64,000 nt of DNA, taken from contig JBDHHQ010000027.1 of the NCBI GenBank assembly GCA_039589315.1, positions 32,001 to 96,000 on the forward strand, in the 5' to 3' direction. Shown one piece after another: positions 59,580 through 64,000 of the stretch. Positions within the stretch are counted from its first letter, which is position 1; every line of letters begins with the position of its first letter. A program made the translations under genes and the position numbers. Below the pieces are notes generated by a model. The model was not told the origin of the DNA, made no database searches, and was given only the letters and a program-made list of their open reading frames with translations. The stretch comes from Gemmatimonadota bacterium (lineage in GTDB: Bacteria > Gemmatimonadota > Gemmatimonadetes > Longimicrobiales > Gaopeijiaceae).

Positions 59580-60488
59580 ATGAACAATCGCCGAACCCTG
59601 CTGCGTGTCGCCGTCGCACTGCTTGCTGTTCTCGGGTGCTGGGCGTTCTGGCTCGAACCCGCGAGTCTCCGCCTTCAGACCCACTCGGTATCACTCGAGC
59701 GGTTGCCCGAATCTTGTGACGGACTCCGAGTGGCGCTCCTGGCCGACCTCCACGTGGGATCTCCGTTCAATGGACCCACGAGGCTCGAGAAGGTCGTTCA
59801 ACTGACCCGGGAGGCCGATCCAGACCTCGTTCTTCTCCTCGGGGACTTCGTCATCAGGGGGGTCCTGGGGGGCCGTTTCGTTCCCCCCGAAACGACAGCG
59901 CAGATCCTGTCTCGTCTCGCCGCGCCCCAGGGCGTGTTCGCCGTGTTGGGAAATCACGACTGGTGGTTCGATGCTCCGCGAGTCCAGGCCTCCCTTCAGT
60001 CGCACGGCATTCCTGTCCTCGAGGACCTCGCGGCGCAACTCACCGGGAGTCCGTGCGACATGTGGATCGCTGGCATCGGCGACTACTGGGAGGGAGCGCA
60101 CGACGTTGACCGGGCCCTCGCGGGGGTCGCCGACGGAGCGCCCGTGATCGCCGTTACGCACAACCCCGACCTCTTCCCGGGCATCCCGGAACGCGTCGTA
60201 CTCACCGTCGCCGCTCATACTCACGGGGGGCAGGTGCGCCTTCCTCTGCTCGGGCGGCCCATCGTTCCATCAGAGTTCGGGCAACGGTACGCGGCAGGGC
60301 ATGTCCGAGAGGGGAAGCGGGACCTCTTCGTGAGCACCGGCATCGGTACGAGCATCCTACCGGTCAGATTCCTGGTTCCGCCCGTCGTGACCCTACTGGT
60401 TCTCGAGTCCAAGCGGGTCCCGCGGACCGCAGGCACGTCGCCGCCCGGTACGACCAGGGGCACCGGGGTTCAGACGCCTCCCCGGTAG
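59580..60488 (+). CDS. Metallophosphoesterase (YkuE/YaeI-like)
   Basis: DLH, GD, GNHD, HNPD, HTHGGQ. Confidence 0.9.
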   Translation: MNNRRTLLRVAVALLAVLGCWAFWLEPASLRLQTHSVSLERLPESCDGLRVALLADLHVGSPFNGPTRLEKVVQLTREADPDLVLLLGDFVIRGVLGGRFVPPETTAQILSRLAAPQGVFAVLGNHDWWFDAPRVQASLQSHGIPVLEDLAAQLTGSPCDMWIAGIGDYWEGAHDVDRALAGVADGAPVIAVTHNPDLFPGIPERVVLTVAAHTHGGQVRLPLLGRPIVPSEFGQRYAAGHVREGKRDLFVSTGIGTSILPVRFLVPPVVTLLVLESKRVPRTAGTSPPGTTRGTGVQTPPR

Positions 60489-60734
60489 CCACCTCTCCCC
60501 ACCTGTCGCTAGCATATCGGAGGAGGGAGGGATGATGTCGACCAACGTGGGGCCGATCTACCGCGAGGCCGAGGCCCGCTACCGGGCGGCTGTCACCAGG
60601 GAGGAATAGCGTAACCCGGCACCTGCTGCGCGTGAATCCACGGTTCGACTCGCTACGGGGCCATCCGCGGCTCGAGCAGCTCGTGGGCGAGGAGTCCCAG
60701 TAAGGCTCGCGCCGGACCCTCCGGACCCACCGCC

Positions 60735-62828
60735 CTACGGGACATACCAGATTGGCGACGACCAAGCCATTTCTTGGATTACCTTCGGCGCCTCATTCTC
60801 ACAATCCGCAGGTCGCTCCCCCCTCGGCCTGTTGACGCATTGCGCCCAGCTCCAACGCAGGCTGGGATTCTCGACAACTCGCAGGTAGTAATATGCTGAC
60901 TGCGCAGGCTCGAAGTCAGTATCCACCCATATAGTGCACAGGTGACTATATCCACCCATAGAGACGCGACCCGTCTCCAGATCAACCTCCACGTTGGGTT
61001 CGGGGTCGCCCGCCACATCAACGACCCTGTAGTGCGGCGTGGTACTCTCGTCAATCCATCCCTTCACGATCTGCAGTTTCTGTAACCTGCCGGCATCCGG
61101 GGCGGGGTCCCTATTAGCAGCCACTATGAATGTGGGACCGATGTCCACACCCCGCTGCCTGTGTAAATCGCCACCCATGGGGACGCCCAAATCATAGCCC
61201 TGCTCAATCATGTCCCCTCTGGAACACGCGTCCGCTGGATACCCCCAGCCGCCGAAAAATCTCGGCGCTATTCTGGGACCCGAAGTCCCAAAAGTCTCCC
61301 GCCGATACATTGCGTCGAACAAGGCGTCGCGGGAGTTTTCGACGGCCCATGCACCAACGAGGCCTCCCGGTGATCCACGCAGATTGGATGGCAAAAGAGC
61401 GTCTGCGTTCAGCCGCTCCTCCAGCGTAGCTTCATACACACCGTGTCCTTCCCAATCGTCCTCCGACACTGCTCCTGGTGTGGCCACGTGGGTGTCGGTG
61501 CTCGCAATGACACCGAGCTTGAAGGGGTTGATGCCCAATCGCCTTTCGTCATTCAAGCCCTGAAGCAAGGCGGTACGCAGGAAGTCAGTTTCGGATATGC
61601 AACCACCGGCGAATAGCCCGAACTCACCAGTGGCATCTCCGCAGTCCTCGCTCGTGATTGTCTGCCCTCGCCTATATGCTCGTCCCGCCTCACCGACCGC
61701 CTCTGTCATATCTGCCACCTGGCCCCGCAGTTCATACGTGGCCCCGAAACGACGCACCTGTTCGATATCGCAGAGTTCATCCGGCATTCCATCGACTCCC
61801 GCAAAGCCGTTGAGGCATTCAGACGATCCCTTGTGCTGAAACACCTCCATTAGGCGATCGGATTCGTGCGCCAGTCGTGCCAGTTCCAACTCACCAATGA
61901 TGTGCTTCGGTTGTGCCATGCGACCGACTGGCCGCAAAAGTCGGCCGTTAGACAGGTTGGAATTGTGTGGAATTGTGATGAAGTCGCAACCGTCAATGTT
62001 CTCACTGCACTGTGCCTGCAAGGCCAACCACAAGTCAGGAGCTGTCGGCGCCTCCACATAGGAAATGGGCACCGCCGGCACTCTATCGTTCCTGAAGATG
62101 ATGTTCCTATGGAGATTAGCGCCAAGAGGAAGGCCAGTGTATTCGTAGGCAATGAAGGTCGTGAAGTCACAGGAGGAAGTCAGGTCATAAGCGTCTTCGG
62201 CCGCTTGAATCACGCGGGTCCATACGCCTGTGGTCGCCGACTGGCAGTCACTTGAGCCACAAACTGCCTCGACCCGACGAGGGGTGGGACTGAAGTTCAT
62301 ACCGAACAGGGACGCCAGCGCGTCCGAGCTGTTGGCGAAATAGGTGTGGCAAAAATCAGCATCGCCAGTATCCTGACCGCATAAACGCATCTCACCGAAC
62401 CACTCTACGTGATCGGTTACGGCGACAAAGTCCAACGGGCGGTCGATCTTGTGAAAAGTCCTGGGGCGCCCGCTGGCATCGAATGGTGGCATCGCTATCG
62501 GCTGTCCCTTTGCGAAACGATACGCATCGCTTGGTTCAGCCCTCGTGCCTGCCGAGAAGGAGTCGAGCGAGAGACTCGTGTGCACATGTAGGTCCCCGTA
62601 GTAGACATTCCTCAACGGGTTCTGGTTAACGCATGGTCGTCGGTCTTCAGAGTATGAAACGAGACTCTCGACGCTTTGCTCTACGGCTTGGTATCTTCCC
62701 GTGACGGCCGGTGGTTGTGATTCTTCTCCTGCAGTCTGCCCATCAACGGTGAGTGCCATCGCTTCGTCCTCATTGCACGCCGACAGAACCAAGGTGGACA
62801 GCAGAAGAGCCACGCGACATACGAGCAT
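60735..62828 (-). CDS. DUF3604-domain lipoprotein
   Basis: Start MLVCR with lipobox LSAC; YGDLHVHT, AVTDH, NLHRN, HNSNLSNG, STDTH, AWSSPIWY. Confidence 0.88.
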   Translation of the reverse strand: MLVCRVALLLSTLVLSACNEDEAMALTVDGQTAGEESQPPAVTGRYQAVEQSVESLVSYSEDRRPCVNQNPLRNVYYGDLHVHTSLSLDSFSAGTRAEPSDAYRFAKGQPIAMPPFDASGRPRTFHKIDRPLDFVAVTDHVEWFGEMRLCGQDTGDADFCHTYFANSSDALASLFGMNFSPTPRRVEAVCGSSDCQSATTGVWTRVIQAAEDAYDLTSSCDFTTFIAYEYTGLPLGANLHRNIIFRNDRVPAVPISYVEAPTAPDLWLALQAQCSENIDGCDFITIPHNSNLSNGRLLRPVGRMAQPKHIIGELELARLAHESDRLMEVFQHKGSSECLNGFAGVDGMPDELCDIEQVRRFGATYELRGQVADMTEAVGEAGRAYRRGQTITSEDCGDATGEFGLFAGGCISETDFLRTALLQGLNDERRLGINPFKLGVIASTDTHVATPGAVSEDDWEGHGVYEATLEERLNADALLPSNLRGSPGGLVGAWAVENSRDALFDAMYRRETFGTSGPRIAPRFFGGWGYPADACSRGDMIEQGYDLGVPMGGDLHRQRGVDIGPTFIVAANRDPAPDAGRLQKLQIVKGWIDESTTPHYRVVDVAGDPEPNVEVDLETGRVSMGGYSHLCTIWVDTDFEPAQSAYYYLRVVENPSLRWSWAQCVNRPRGERPADCENEAPKVIQEMAWSSPIWYVP

Positions 62829-63016
62829 GCTAACGCCTCCCCTTCTCACGGGCTGCTGAAATCTCGGTGGGTATTGCGGAGCCGTGGCACCGTCGAGCTT
62901 GGTCCGCGCGAGCGACGCTCCGCTCACCGAGCCCCCCGCGTGTGATCGAGTGGCGGAGAGGGGCGCGGCCGATGTTGAAGGGGTGGGGGCGAGGGCGTCC
63001 CCCAGGCTGAGTCCGC

Positions 63017-64000
63017 TCATGTAGCGGAGCCTCCACGATTGTCCAGGCGTGGCGCCCGTCGTCGAGCCCGCTGCAGGGCCAGATACAGGAGAAAGGATGT
63101 CGCAAGGGAGTCGAAGGCTGGTATGGCTGTGAGAGTGAACCACCGATTGGCGGTGCCGTATCCGACCGCGAATCCAGCCAGCCAGGCCAGGATCGCCGAC
63201 ATCGACACCGGAGGTCGCTCGGGTAGGTCCTCGAGGTTGTAGGACTGTCTTTGCACCAGAAAGAAGTCCGCCACGAAGATGCCTCCGATCGGAGGCAAGG
63301 CAATTCCCAGCGTCAGCAAGAACGGCACGAAGTGGTCCATGATGCCCGTCAAGGCCAAGATCGTTCCCATCGTGCCGGCGCCGAGAACCAGCTTCCATTC
63401 CGCGGCGCGCCGAAAGATGGTGACGAGGACCAGCGCGTTTGAATACAGATTACTCGAATTCGTGGTCCAGGTGGCAAAAACCAGAAATCCCGTGGCCAGA
63501 ATCCCCATGCTCAGAGTGAGGACGATCCTCATGAAGTCTCCTTCGCCTGTGGCCAAGGTGGGAATGGCGGACGCCAACAGAACTGCGGGGAATCCGACCC
63601 CAAAGCTCAATACGGAGGCCCCTACGGCATGGCGAGGCGAGTGAACGTAGCGGCAGAAATCTGGCATGACCGTCGCTCCGACCATGAAGGCTCCTACCAC
63701 TGCGGAGATCCCCAGGCCGAGGGACATGTCGTTTCCTGAAGTGGCCAACAAGTCGGAAACGGACGCGTCCGACACGGAGGAGAGGATCGTGAAGATCAGG
63801 AACACGAACAGGGCGGGGGTTGCCACCAGGGAGAGCTTATCCAGTGCCTTGAACCCGAATATCGTCGTGCTGATCATCAAGAAACTGCCAAGCAGCATGT
63901 AGGCTGAGGTGCCCCAATCGGTCCACCCGAGTTCCAGCACGGTGCTCTGGACGGCCTCTCCAAAAAGAAACACGTTGATGCCGAACCATCCGAAAAGCGA
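63017..64000 (-). CDS. Cytosine/purine permease (NCS1, CodB-like); 5' end beyond the window
   Basis: GWFGIN, PDFCRY, WTTNSSNLYS, PPIGGIFVADFF. Confidence 0.85.
   Translation of the reverse strand, partial: SLFGWFGINVFLFGEAVQSTVLELGWTDWGTSAYMLLGSFLMISTTIFGFKALDKLSLVATPALFVFLIFTILSSVSDASVSDLLATSGNDMSLGLGISAVVGAFMVGATVMPDFCRYVHSPRHAVGASVLSFGVGFPAVLLASAIPTLATGEGDFMRIVLTLSMGILATGFLVFATWTTNSSNLYSNALVLVTIFRRAAEWKLVLGAGTMGTILALTGIMDHFVPFLLTLGIALPPIGGIFVADFFLVQRQSYNLEDLPERPPVSMSAILAWLAGFAVGYGTANRWFTLTAIPAFDSLATSFLLYLALQRARRRAPRLDNRGGSAT

Overview
High-GC bacterial DNA. The PadR + ADOP-permease pairs, TPR/kinase and PD40 proteins suggest Gemmatimonadota or Acidobacteriota (inference). The whole window reads as an accessory, genomic-island region. 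It is punctuated by eight co-oriented copies, some partial, of a composite att-like element at about 5.3, 6.8, 8.1, 16.3, 21.2, 27.6, 35.8 and 51.9 kb. The full element is TGCCAACG x2, then 10-bp CAGACGCAAC repeats, then the 3' half of tRNA-Ser(TGA) starting exactly at the 7-nt anticodon loop. Three copies carry a structured 86-87 bp insert in the T-loop, and a fourth carries its first 12 bp. The copies separate cargo modules: a duplicated secreted-protein cassette; a decayed tyrosine integrase + AraC/porin/arylsulfatase + HigBA; TPR/YncE genes; an antiporter + beta-oxidation genes; an ArsR-linked TtrBCA-like molybdoenzyme; and a GHKL ATPase + ADOP permease + heme-copper oxidase operon. The oxidase subunit I appears to lack the K proton channel. 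Many gene fragments, frameshifts and internal deletions are present (decay and/or sequence error). No intact tRNA, rRNA or CRISPR array was seen. All calls come from manual motif reading; no searches were run.
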